Positions 46,267 to 54,901 of a stretch of 54,917 nucleotides of DNA are shown here, in pieces. The notes under the pieces are model-generated. The model was not told where the DNA came from. It did no database searches and saw only the letters and a list, made by a program, of their open reading frames with translations. Position numbers and translations under genes: made by a program. The stretch spans positions 1-54,917 of the forward strand of contig JAWOEA010000008.1 in the NCBI GenBank assembly GCA_046483005.1, read 5' to 3'. Position 1 is the first letter of the stretch; each line of letters opens with the position of its first letter. This DNA comes from Candidatus Undinarchaeales archaeon (GTDB lineage: Archaea > Undinarchaeota > Undinarchaeia > Undinarchaeales > JALTGF01).

Positions 46267-46551
46267 ATGAATAAACAAAATCCAGAAAACAAAGTATATA
46301 ACTTAAGAAAGCAGCTTAGTGAGGCAGTTGGAAGTGAAGACTGGAAGGATATAAAAGACATCTGCAACAGTCTCAACAATGCAATAGGAGATCTTGGAAT
46401 AGAAGGGAAAGCCAAAAATCTTCTTGTTAAGTATCTTAAAGATCTCAAAGATGGCGCAAAAAGTCAGGATAAACGAAAGTGCGTTACAAACTTCTATCTC
46501 TTTAATGCCAACTTGGTTGAATACAATATTGTAGAAGGATTAGTTCACTGA
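46267..46551 (+). CDS. Hypothetical small soluble protein
   Basis: ORF starts 1 nt after the previous stop. No motif recognised. Confidence 0.35.
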   Translation: MNKQNPENKVYNLRKQLSEAVGSEDWKDIKDICNSLNNAIGDLGIEGKAKNLLVKYLKDLKDGAKSQDKRKCVTNFYLFNANLVEYNIVEGLVH

Positions 46552-46609
46552 ATTTGACTTAGATGGGGGTCTCAAAAACCTTTTATAGAGTCAACACCAT
46601 ATATTATCT

Positions 46610-46668
46610 GTCGAATGAAGTACCGACATCGATCTGATTTGATGATGAGTGATGGGCGGACTGACGAC
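46610..46668 (+). ncRNA. Box C/D sRNA (2'-O-methylation guide)
   Basis: Terminal stem GTCG (46610-13) / CGAC (46665-68). C-like 'aatgaag' (46614-20), 13-nt guide, D' CTGA (46634-37), C' 'atgatga' (46642-48), 12-nt guide 'gtgatgggcgga', D CTGA (46661-64). TATA 'ttttatag' at 46581-88 lies ~25 nt upstream, and an oligo-T follows. Confidence 0.65.
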
Positions 46669-46679
46669 AACTTTTTAAA

Positions 46680-47540
46680 TCATTTATTTTTAATGTAGTA
46701 AAAAGTTTTCAAAATAAGTACAAAGGGATATAATATTAAAGAATACAAAATCAGATGCAATCCTTGGTTTACAACCAGTTCTGTAGTTTCACTTAAGAAA
46801 TAAGAAACCATCGTAGCTCCTGTTGACTGTACTATTCCAAAAGCCACATATATACCGACAACAAATAAAATTAAAAGAGCAACTCCTTCTATATTTTTCT
46901 TAATAAAAAAATAGCTTCCAACAAGACCTTCCCACGGCCCCACATTATCAAGCACTATGCTCTGGTTGGCGAAGAATGAAACTGCAATTAAAATTGCCAT
47001 ATAAACAAATAAAATAACTGTTGCAAGCAGAAATCCAAGTGCTCCAAATAGGATGACTGTCGGAATTATTACAACTATACTTCCCGCAAAGAATAGAAGC
47101 CAGATAATTAAATTCTTTCCAATGATTGCAGGCCCATGAATCATTGCTGAAAGACCGTCGGAAAGTTTTGCTTTATTGGTTGTAAGTTTTTTTGAAAGTC
47201 CGATGGCATACGCCTCCAGGAAGGAACTTAGAATTAATATAAAAATCCCGATTAAAATAAAAAATATCGAATACTGCAGAAAATTTTGAAAGAAGCTCTC
47301 GCTTATATTTTCAAGGAAAAGAAGTGACTGCATTCCAGTAAATTTAAAATTAGCAAAGCTTTCTCTCAAAAAAGTTTTCAAAATAAAGTTTATTGTATTA
47401 GTAACTGCCCCTAAAATTAAAAAAGGAACTATGATTACAGGATTGGTCAGATAAAGATCGAACGCTTTTTTAATTACATTTCCTGTTTTCATTGCCAAAT
47501 AATAGAGAGCAAGTATTAAAAAGGTTTGCTGTCTATTCAA
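46680..47540 (-). CDS. Hypothetical polytopic membrane protein
   Basis: 6-7 predicted TM helices. No catalytic motif recognised. Confidence 0.45.
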   Translation of the reverse strand: MNRQQTFLILALYYLAMKTGNVIKKAFDLYLTNPVIIVPFLILGAVTNTINFILKTFLRESFANFKFTGMQSLLFLENISESFFQNFLQYSIFFILIGIFILILSSFLEAYAIGLSKKLTTNKAKLSDGLSAMIHGPAIIGKNLIIWLLFFAGSIVVIIPTVILFGALGFLLATVILFVYMAILIAVSFFANQSIVLDNVGPWEGLVGSYFFIKKNIEGVALLILFVVGIYVAFGIVQSTGATMVSYFLSETTELVVNQGLHLILYSLILYPFVLILKTFYYIKNK

Positions 47541-47544
47541 AAGT

Positions 47545-47979
47545 ATGACTCAAATAAAAGAAATAATGAATTCAGATGTGAAAGTTGCCGAAAAAGGAAC
47601 AACTATTCTGAAAGCTCTGAAAAAAATGGATAAACATGAGATAGGGAGTCTGGTTATAGTTGATAAGAATGAAGCTGTTGGGATAATTACCAGCTCCGAT
47701 GTATTATACAAAGCAGTAGTTAAAGAAAAAGATATTAAAAAAATGAAAGTTGAAGAAATAATGAGCAAAGATCTTGTAACTATAGACCCTGATGCAAAAC
47801 TGGAAGAAGCGGCTGCAATTATGGCTGATTACAGTATTAAAAAACTTCCAGTCACTAATGAAAAAGATGAACTTTTAGGAATAATAACTGCGATGGATTT
47901 GCTTGCTCACAGCCCAGACTTCAGCAACATGCTTGTGAATATAGACCTCCCTCAACAAAATAAATTAATGGGAAGTTAA
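47545..47979 (+). CDS. CBS domain pair protein
   Basis: Two CBS repeats ('IGSLVIVDKNEAVGIITSSDV', 'IKKLPVTNEKDELLGIITAMDL'). Confidence 0.85.
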   Translation: MTQIKEIMNSDVKVAEKGTTILKALKKMDKHEIGSLVIVDKNEAVGIITSSDVLYKAVVKEKDIKKMKVEEIMSKDLVTIDPDAKLEEAAAIMADYSIKKLPVTNEKDELLGIITAMDLLAHSPDFSNMLVNIDLPQQNKLMGS

Positions 47980-48464
47980 TCAAAACCGTAGTGTCTTAAA
48001 GTATCTCTAAGCTTTCTGGAAAATTTGTTCTGGCCTTCATAGTGTTTTTCAATACCTCTTATTACGGTGTCTAATCCCAATAAAGCAATTTTCCCACTTG
48101 AATAACCATAGGCTTCAAAAGTCCATTTTTGGTTCGTTATGGCCCAGAATTCGTCTCTCTTCGGCTTGAACTCGCCGAGTTTTTCAAGTTTTTCAGTAAT
48201 TTTTATTATTTCATCGATGTCAAATTTTGAAATAATATCATTGGATTCTTCAAGGAAAACAAAAATTCGTTTTACAATTTCATCTTCTTCTTCAAAAGTT
48301 AAAAGAGTTGCAATTCTTATTTCATCTCCCTTTTTTGTTTTAAACTTAACTCCACTTTCTGCTTTTGCCCCTTTGAATTTTGCACTAAAAAGAGCTGTTA
48401 AAATGTGTTCTTTTTGAGAATCTTTTAGTTTTGAAAGTCCTTTCTTTGTTATCATGAATAGCAA
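47976..48464 (-). CDS. Hypothetical protein
   Basis: 162-aa ORF with coding-like composition. No family recognised. Confidence 0.4.
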   Translation of the reverse strand: MLFMITKKGLSKLKDSQKEHILTALFSAKFKGAKAESGVKFKTKKGDEIRIATLLTFEEEDEIVKRIFVFLEESNDIISKFDIDEIIKITEKLEKLGEFKPKRDEFWAITNQKWTFEAYGYSSGKIALLGLDTVIRGIEKHYEGQNKFSRKLRDTLRHYGFD

Positions 48465-48500
48465 TAGTTAAAAGAGAGTATTAAAAGTTTTCTTTTGGAA

Positions 48501-49778
48501 TTATGACAGTTTCTTCAAGAGTTTTTCCTCTGAAATCATTTCCTGCTCTCCGCTTTTCATATCTTTCAGAGTTACTTTACTTTCTTCAAGTTCATTATCT
48601 CCAATTAATATACAGTACGGAATTGAAAGAGAGTTTGCATAATTCAAAAGTTTGCTCGGACCTCTGTTCAATAAATCAACATCGGAAGAGATTCCTTTTT
48701 CTCTGAGTTTTTCAGTTAATTCAAAAGAATATGATTTTGCTTTTTCTCCTACTGGAATTACTAAAGCTTTTATCTTATTTAGTTCAGGGAACATCCTTTT
48801 ATCTTTCATTATTTCAAGAATTCTTTCTACTCCTATTGATAAACCGACTGCCGGCTGTTTTTCATTTCCATACATTCCAATAAGATTGTCATACCTGCCT
48901 CCGCCTGCAACTGAGCCGTACTTTTCCATTCCCTTTATTTTAATTTCATAGACAACGCCGGTATAGTAGTCTAAACCTCTTGCCAGGCTTAAGTCCAGGG
49001 TTAAATAGTTGTAAATACCGAATGACTTGGCTGTTTTGAAAAAGTTAAGAAGGTCTGAAATGGCTTCTTCCTTTTTAACTCTGTCTGAAACTTCAGATAA
49101 AATTTCTTCCGGTTTTCCTTCTTTCTTTAAAATGTCTAAAAAGTCTTCTGCTTTTGAAAAACCTTTTTCTTTTAGTTCTTCGATTACTGCTTTTTCTCCC
49201 TGTTTTTCGAGCTTATCAACTATTCTGAAAAGTTCAACCGATCTCTTTCTTTTAATTCCAATTGAATTTGCAAGCTCCTCCATTAAAGGTCTGCTGTTTA
49301 CTTTTACTTCGAAATCTCTGAACCCTAATTCCTTTAAAGCAGAGATTACTGCTGAAAGAGGGTCAACTTCAGACTCCGGTTCACTTGAACCGATAACATC
49401 GACATCTGCCTGCCAAAATTCTCTGAACCTGCCCGCCTGTGGTTCTTCATATCTCCATACTCTTCCTATTTGAGATCTTTTGAAAGGTTTTGGAAGGTCA
49501 GGATTTTTTGCTATAAATCTCGCCATTGGAACTGTTAAATCAAATCTAAGGCCCATTAACCTGTCGCCTTTGTCCTTGAATTTGAAAATTTCCTTGATGA
49601 CTTCTTCTCCTCCGCTTGATTTAGCTGAGAGGACATTCATTCTTTCAAAGGCAGGAGTTTCTAATGGACTATATCCGTATTTTTCATAGACAGACTGAAT
49701 TTTGGATAATACCCAATTTCTCCTGGCCATTTCTTCAGGACCAAAATCTCTTGTCCCCCTTGGTGTTTCAAATTTCAT
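48501..49778 (-). CDS. hisS: Histidyl-tRNA synthetase (start trimmed to ATG 49776-49778)
   Basis: 'PRGTRDF', 'RYEEPQAGRFREFWQ' (motif 2), 'GGGRYDNL' (motif 3). The 17-codon track extension would run into tRNA-His. Confidence 0.9.
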   Translation of the reverse strand: MKFETPRGTRDFGPEEMARRNWVLSKIQSVYEKYGYSPLETPAFERMNVLSAKSSGGEEVIKEIFKFKDKGDRLMGLRFDLTVPMARFIAKNPDLPKPFKRSQIGRVWRYEEPQAGRFREFWQADVDVIGSSEPESEVDPLSAVISALKELGFRDFEVKVNSRPLMEELANSIGIKRKRSVELFRIVDKLEKQGEKAVIEELKEKGFSKAEDFLDILKKEGKPEEILSEVSDRVKKEEAISDLLNFFKTAKSFGIYNYLTLDLSLARGLDYYTGVVYEIKIKGMEKYGSVAGGGRYDNLIGMYGNEKQPAVGLSIGVERILEIMKDKRMFPELNKIKALVIPVGEKAKSYSFELTEKLREKGISSDVDLLNRGPSKLLNYANSLSIPYCILIGDNELEESKVTLKDMKSGEQEMISEEKLLKKLS

Positions 49779-49790
49779 TTTTAGTATAAG

Positions 49791-49863
49791 GGCCCGGGGC
49801 GGGAATTGAACTCGCCTCAAAAGCTCCACAGGCTTCCATCATAACCACTAGACCACCCGGGCC
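49791..49863 (-). tRNA. tRNA-His (GUG) with genome-encoded G-1
   Basis: RC is GGCCCGGGTGGTCTAGTGGTTATGATGGAAGCCTGTGGAGCTTTTGAGGCGAGTTCAATTCCCGCCCCGGGCC. It has a 7-bp acceptor stem plus a G-1:C73 pair, anticodon loop CTGTGGA and T-loop TTCAATT. Confidence 0.9.
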
Positions 49864-50053
49864 AAACTTTTTCTTTTCTGTACTTGCAACATAAGTATTG
49901 CTAGCTTTTAAATTTATAGAAAGAGGGCTAAAACAAATCTTTTCCTTACCTGTGAAGACACTCACTTGCTTTCATTTTAGCAGAATAAATGTATCTGTCC
50001 CACTATTTAAAAGTTTAGATAGGTATTTAATTCATAAAATTATACATAAAAAT

Positions 50054-50971
50054 ATGACAGAAAAATATGATGTAATAATTATTGGCGCGGGATGCGCAGG
50101 GGCAGCTGCAGCCATATATACAGGAAGGCAGAACCTCAAAACTCTTTTATTGGATGCTCAGGGTTTCGGCGGACAGCTTTTATGGACAGACGAAATTGAA
50201 AACTATCCGGGATTCAAGCATGTTTCAGGACCGGAACTTGCTGAAAAAATGAAGGAGCATGTTGAAAAATTTGGAACTGACATTAAAATTGAAAAAGTAG
50301 AAAAAATTGAAGACGGAAAAATAAAGAAAGTTAAAACAGGAAGCAACGAGTATGAAGCAAAGGTCGTTATACTTTCAATGGGCGCCGACCACAGAAAGTT
50401 AAATGTTCCCGGAGAAAAAGAGCTTAGAGGAAAAGGCGTCAGCTACTGTGCAGTATGCGATGGAAATTTCTTTAAGGACCAGGATGTTGCAGTTATAGGC
50501 GGAGGGGCAACTGCTTTAGAGTATACAAAATACATGCAGAATTTGGCGAGCAAAGTTTATTTGGTTCATAGAAGAGATGAATTCAGAGGAGAAAAAGTTC
50601 TGATTAATGAAATCAAAAAAAGTGATGTTGAACTTGTTTTAGATTCGGAATGCACTGAAATTCTAGGAGATAATAAAGTTACAGGAATTAAGATAAAAAA
50701 CAAAAAAACAGATAAAAAGAAAGAACTTAATGTAACTGGAGTTTTCATTGCAATTGGTTTAATTCCAAATAATGAGCTTGCAAAGGATCTTGATTTAGAA
50801 ACAAATGAAAAAGGATACATAAAAGTTGATGACAGAATGAAAACAAACAAGGACGGAATTTTGGCTGCAGGAGATATCACTGGCTGGCTGGCGCAGATTG
50901 CAACAGCTGTAGGACAGGGAGCAGTAGCCGGCTTAGAGGCATATAATTACATAAAAAGTCAAAACCAGTAA
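50054..50971 (+). CDS. trxB: Thioredoxin-disulfide reductase (start trimmed to ATG 50054)
   Basis: 'DVIIIGAGCAGAAAA' FAD motif, redox 'CAVCDG', 'VAVIGGG' NADPH motif, 'GDI'. Confidence 0.9.
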   Translation: MTEKYDVIIIGAGCAGAAAAIYTGRQNLKTLLLDAQGFGGQLLWTDEIENYPGFKHVSGPELAEKMKEHVEKFGTDIKIEKVEKIEDGKIKKVKTGSNEYEAKVVILSMGADHRKLNVPGEKELRGKGVSYCAVCDGNFFKDQDVAVIGGGATALEYTKYMQNLASKVYLVHRRDEFRGEKVLINEIKKSDVELVLDSECTEILGDNKVTGIKIKNKKTDKKKELNVTGVFIAIGLIPNNELAKDLDLETNEKGYIKVDDRMKTNKDGILAAGDITGWLAQIATAVGQGAVAGLEAYNYIKSQNQ

Positions 50972-51016
50972 AAGGAAAGGTATTTAAATTAGTTAAATCA
51001 AGCCTGATTGATTAAA

Positions 51017-51169
51017 ATGGTAGAAGCATATTGTGTAAAATGCAAAAAGAAAGTAGAAATGAAGGACCCTAAAGAAGTTACCATGAAGAACGGAAGACCG
51101 GCAACTAAGGGAAAATGCCCAAACTGCGGTACCAAAGTCTTCAGAATTGGAAAAGCTAAAAAAGATTAA
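51017..51169 (+). CDS. Small zinc-ribbon protein (DUF5679-like), 50 aa
   Basis: Not in the track. My translation is MVEAYCVKCKKKVEMKDPKEVTMKNGRPATKGKCPNCGTKVFRIGKAKKD (CxxC...CxxC). It resembles a widespread small zinc-ribbon family as I recall it. Confidence 0.6.
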   Translation: MVEAYCVKCKKKVEMKDPKEVTMKNGRPATKGKCPNCGTKVFRIGKAKKD

Positions 51170-51209
51170 ACTTTTTTGAAAAATAAGGGTGTAAATTCGT
51201 TTTATCTAG

Positions 51210-52454
51210 CTAATAGCCTCTTTCATTTATTGCATCTGCTACTCTTTTAATTGCAATAGCATAAGCGGCGGTTCTCATTGAAATACCTTCATCTTCTTTC
51301 TTTGCATAAATGTCTTTGAATGCATTTGTCATCAATTTATCTAGTTTTTCATTAACTTCTTCTTCAGACCAGTTTTCTCCTTTTTTATTTTGAAGCCATT
51401 CAAAGTATGAAACAGTTACTCCTCCGGCATTTGCTAAAATGTCAGGGACAACCAAAACCTCTTTTTCATGAAGTATTTTATCTGCCCCAGGAGTCGTAGG
51501 TCCGTTTGCTATTTCTACAACAATTTTTGCACTAACATCTGGTGCATTTTCTTCAACCAGCTGGTTTTCAAGAGCAGCAGGCACAAGAATATCTACATCA
51601 AGCTCGAGAAGTTCTTCGTTGCTCACATGTTCACATGTCTTTTCATATTCTGTAACTGTACCCTTCTCTTTCTTAACTTCTGAAATAAGTTTAATATCAA
51701 GGCCTTCGTCAAGATTACATACAGCTCCTCTTGAGTCACTTACTGCAACTACTTTGTAATCGTTTTCATAAAGTAAGTTTGCAATAGTTGCTCCTGCATT
51801 TCCAAAGCCCTGAACTGCTACAGTTGTTTCTTCCGGCTTCATGCCGAGGGCCTTTACAGATTCTCTTACAATGAAAGATCCTCCCATTCCAGTTGCAGTT
51901 CCTCTTCCTTCTGAACCGCCTTCCTCAACTGGCTTTCCAGTTATAATTCCGGGAGCCTCGTGTCCGACAAGTTTTTCATATTCGTCCCTCATCCAGCCCA
52001 TTATTGTAGGATTAGTGTAAACATCAGGAGCAGGAACGTCAACATCTACTCCAATAAAATTGTAAATCTGTCTCATGAACCCTCTGCTCATTCTTTCAAG
52101 CTCTCCCTGAGACATTTCTTTTGGATTGCAGATAATTCCGCCTTTTCCTCCGCCGTAAGGAATATTGACAGTTGCGCATTTAATTGTCATCCAGGTTGCA
52201 AGAGCTTTGACTTCGTCTAAAGTTACGTCAGGATGATATCGAATTCCTCCCTTGCAGGGTCCTCTTGCATCATTATGCTGAACTCTGTATCCAGTAAACA
52301 TCTTTTGTTCTCCATTGTCCATTTTTACTGGAATTGAAACCTGTAAAATTCTCTGAGGGTTTCTTAAAATTTCATATGCGCCTTTGTCTATAGACGCTAC
52401 TTTTTGTGCCTCTTCTAATTGTTCTAAAGCATTTTCAAATGGATTTTCTGTCAT
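51210..52454 (-). CDS. gdhA: Glutamate dehydrogenase
   Basis: 'GPCKGGIRYHP', 'NIPYGGGKGG', 'QGFGNAG' motifs, 414 aa. Confidence 0.9.
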   Translation of the reverse strand: MTENPFENALEQLEEAQKVASIDKGAYEILRNPQRILQVSIPVKMDNGEQKMFTGYRVQHNDARGPCKGGIRYHPDVTLDEVKALATWMTIKCATVNIPYGGGKGGIICNPKEMSQGELERMSRGFMRQIYNFIGVDVDVPAPDVYTNPTIMGWMRDEYEKLVGHEAPGIITGKPVEEGGSEGRGTATGMGGSFIVRESVKALGMKPEETTVAVQGFGNAGATIANLLYENDYKVVAVSDSRGAVCNLDEGLDIKLISEVKKEKGTVTEYEKTCEHVSNEELLELDVDILVPAALENQLVEENAPDVSAKIVVEIANGPTTPGADKILHEKEVLVVPDILANAGGVTVSYFEWLQNKKGENWSEEEVNEKLDKLMTNAFKDIYAKKEDEGISMRTAAYAIAIKRVADAINERGY

Positions 52455-52558
52455 TCTGCCACCTAGAGATACGAATAAAGAAAAAGAATATTTAAACTTT
52501 ATGGAAAATTTAGAGATTCACAAAGTTTAAAAACAGATTATGACATATAGAAGTTGCA

Positions 52559-52729
52559 ATGAGTAAAAAAGAAAAGATTTCACTGCCTGGAAGCGGCGGA
52601 GGGATTTTCAGACCAACAAGCGGAGAAGGAAAAGGACTTAAGCTAACCCCGATACATATTGTAGGACTCTGTATAGTTGCAATTATCTTTGAGATTATGC
52701 TTCACCTATACGGAACTGCTTTGTTTTAG
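52559..52729 (+). CDS. Preprotein translocase subunit Sec61-beta (archaeal SecG), 56 aa
   Basis: Not in the track. My translation is MSKKEKISLPGSGGGIFRPTSGEGKGLKLTPIHIVGLCIVAIIFEIMLHLYGTALF. The Gly-rich N-terminus plus a single C-terminal TM matches Sec61-beta architecture. Confidence 0.6.
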   Translation: MSKKEKISLPGSGGGIFRPTSGEGKGLKLTPIHIVGLCIVAIIFEIMLHLYGTALF

Positions 52730-52745
52730 AAAACAGAAAACATTT

Positions 52746-53225
52746 TCAAAGTTTTAAATAATTGTTAGACTCTCCTTCAAATACGATTATCTCTGTTCTA
52801 GTTCTCTCTATACCTGGCAATTTCCAGAGGTCGTTAATTACAAATGAACCAACTTCTCTGTCATCTTTTCCGACAACCCTAATTACAATATCATCGTGTC
52901 CGGTCGTTGCATATGCATCTAAAACCTGCGGCATTTTTATCAGATTCTCCAGAGGTTTTGGCGCCTTTTGGGAATTTCCTTCTTCCTGGGCAACAAAATC
53001 CTGCTTTGCTCTAATGAAAACAAGTGCAGAAGAATTATATCCTATTTTTGTAGGATCTATTTTTGCATTATAACTTTTAATTACTTCATTTTCCTCAAGT
53101 TTTTTTATTCTATTGTGAATTGTTGTAGCCGGTATGCCAAGTTTGTCACTTAGTTGTCTGGATGAAAGCTTACAGTTTTTCTGAAGTTCGTTTAATATTG
53201 CTTTGTCTTTTTTATCGATTTTCAT
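52746..53225 (-). CDS. Lrp/AsnC family transcriptional regulator
   Basis: HTH 'LSSRQLSDKLGIPATTIHNRIKKLEE' plus a C-terminal RAM domain. Confidence 0.85.
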   Translation of the reverse strand: MKIDKKDKAILNELQKNCKLSSRQLSDKLGIPATTIHNRIKKLEENEVIKSYNAKIDPTKIGYNSSALVFIRAKQDFVAQEEGNSQKAPKPLENLIKMPQVLDAYATTGHDDIVIRVVGKDDREVGSFVINDLWKLPGIERTRTEIIVFEGESNNYLKL

Positions 53226-53340
53226 TTTTATATCTAATTAAACAATTGTTTCAGTATTTATATATTTTTGGTACATATGTTTAATAAAATTACCAAAGAT
53301 AATATAAACTTATAAGAATTATAGGCAGAGGGTGGTCCGA

Positions 53341-53568
53341 ATGGTTACTGCATTTATACTAGCCACAACTAAAAGTGGCAAAGGAAGAGAAGTACTGGAA
53401 CAGCTTACTGGAATAGATGAAATTAAAGAAGCCTACAATGTATACGGGGACTACGACGTTTTCATAAAAGCCGAAACTTCGAATTTAGACAACCTAAATG
53501 AGGTTATCAGCAAGAGGATCAGAAATGTGGAAAATGTCGCTATGACCACGACAATGATAGGGCTATGA
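53341..53568 (+). CDS. Stand-alone Lrp/AsnC ligand-binding (RAM) domain protein
   Basis: 'AFILATTKSGKGREVLEQL..I.EIKEAYNVYGDYDVFIKAE' is a RAM fold without an HTH. Divergent from the full-length Lrp. Confidence 0.7.
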   Translation: MVTAFILATTKSGKGREVLEQLTGIDEIKEAYNVYGDYDVFIKAETSNLDNLNEVISKRIRNVENVAMTTTMIGL

Positions 53569-53637
53569 AAATTCCAAAGTAATCCGGTACAAAAATAGAG
53601 ATGAGTCAGCTGCAGCTATTTTTAAAAATTGAATAAG

Positions 53638-53711
53638 TGGGGCTGCCCAGATTTGAACTGGGGACCTCCAGCTCCCAAAGCTGGCATCATTCCAAGCTAG
53701 ACCACAGCCCC
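53638..53711 (-). tRNA. tRNA-Pro (UGG)
   Basis: RC is GGGGCTGTGGTCTAGCTTGGAATGATGCCAGCTTTGGGAGCTGGAGGTCCCCAGTTCAAATCTGGGCAGCCCCA. It has acceptor GGGGCTG/CAGCCCC, anticodon loop TTTGGGA and T-loop TTCAAAT. TATA 'ctatataag' lies ~30 nt upstream. Confidence 0.9.
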
Positions 53712-53751
53712 GACAGGTTTTTTAAATCAGTTTGTTTTCTTATATAGTTTT

Positions 53752-54348
53752 TTAATCGTTTAAATCAAGATACTCAGAAACAGCTCTCCTTATTTCTTTT
53801 TGAACTACTGTTTTTCCTTTGCTTGCGTCAACCATTTTAAAATTATGTTCTTCAGCTAATTTTTTGTAATTCTTATTTACTTTTTTAAGAACTTCAAGCT
53901 CCTCAAATTTTTCTTCAGTCGTAGTTCTTTTCACTGCGATATCCGGTCTTAAACTCAGTAAAATGGTCAAATCCGGTTCAGGCGCAAAAGAATTTAAGTC
54001 GACGAGCCAGTCCCAGTCAAGGCCCTGTGCCGCCTGGTATGCAATCGTTGAATAGATATACCTTTCGCAGAGGACAATTTTTCCTTCATTAAGGGCAGGG
54101 TTTATCTCATTTTGTATATGTTCGGACCGGTCTGCTGTAAAAAGCAAAGCATCAACCCGTGGAGGAGCATCCATTTTTAAGTACTGCCTCAGAAGGACGC
54201 CGATTGGGCCTTTACTGGGCTCCTTTGTATGCAGTACATCCCGTTCTTTTCCCTTGAGCCATTTGGCTAATTTCTCTGCATGTGTGCTTTTTCCGCATCC
54301 GTCGACTCCTTCAAGTGCGACTAGAATACCCTTTTCATTTCCCGTCAT
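53752..54348 (-). CDS. tmk: Thymidylate kinase (start trimmed to ATG 54346-54348)
   Basis: 'VALEGVDGCGKST' P-loop, 'DRY' -like 'CERYIYST', LID region. Overlaps the upstream gene by 14 nt. Confidence 0.85.
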   Translation of the reverse strand: MTGNEKGILVALEGVDGCGKSTHAEKLAKWLKGKERDVLHTKEPSKGPIGVLLRQYLKMDAPPRVDALLFTADRSEHIQNEINPALNEGKIVLCERYIYSTIAYQAAQGLDWDWLVDLNSFAPEPDLTILLSLRPDIAVKRTTTEEKFEELEVLKKVNKNYKKLAEEHNFKMVDASKGKTVVQKEIRRAVSEYLDLND

Positions 54349-54901
54349 ATTCTTCTCCTTCTCCAACATCTTCATAAACGACAACACCTGGATGAATAAA
54401 TGCTCCTTTTCCGATTTTTCTTCCCGGATTTACAACTACATTTGAGCCGAATTTTACATCATCTCCTATAACTGCACCGAACTTTCTTCTGCCGGTATTG
54501 ACTAAATTGCCATTTACTCTTACCTTTATGTTTTTGTCGTCAAATCTTAAATTTGTTAAAACTGCTCCTGCGCCGAAGTTTATGCCTGAAGCAATAACTG
54601 AATCTCCTAAATAAGATAGATGAGGAACATAAGTATTGTCAAAAATTACAGTATTTTTCAGTTCAACTGAATTGCCTACTCTTACGCCGTTTCCAAGAGT
54701 TACATGATTTCTAATGAAACAGTTTGGACCGATAGTACAGTCTTTTCCGATCATTGCAGGGCCCTCAATGTATGCTCCGGATTTTATTCTGGTTCCTTTT
54801 CCTACACTTACTTTTCCTTTTATAGTTACATTATCTTCAATTATTCCTTCTTTTTCTTTATCATCTCTTACTATTTTGATCTTGAGGTTTGGATTTTTCA
54901 T
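54335..54901 (-). CDS. Left-handed beta-helix (hexapeptide-repeat) transferase, GlmU C-terminal-like
   Basis: Repeated [LIV]-G-x4 hexapeptides ('IGKDCTIGPNCFIRNHVTLGNGVRVGNSVEL'). Confidence 0.7.
   Translation of the reverse strand: MKNPNLKIKIVRDDKEKEGIIEDNVTIKGKVSVGKGTRIKSGAYIEGPAMIGKDCTIGPNCFIRNHVTLGNGVRVGNSVELKNTVIFDNTYVPHLSYLGDSVIASGINFGAGAVLTNLRFDDKNIKVRVNGNLVNTGRRKFGAVIGDDVKFGSNVVVNPGRKIGKGAFIHPGVVVYEDVGEGEEYDGK

Noticed and set aside
49779-49829. N-terminal extensions of track ORFs (hisS to 49829, trxB from 49898, membrane protein from 43601, kinase-like protein to 21560, L37Ae to 14066, tmk to 54387).
   Set aside because: The extensions overlap a tRNA, a neighbouring gene or a promoter, and they precede an internal ATG at which family-typical N-termini begin. 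The shorter starts were used.
53569-53637. The palindrome agctgcagct followed by oligo-T after the RAM-domain gene, considered as a regulatory element.
   Set aside because: It is consistent with an ordinary 3'-end hairpin and oligo-T termination signal. There is nothing unusual about it.
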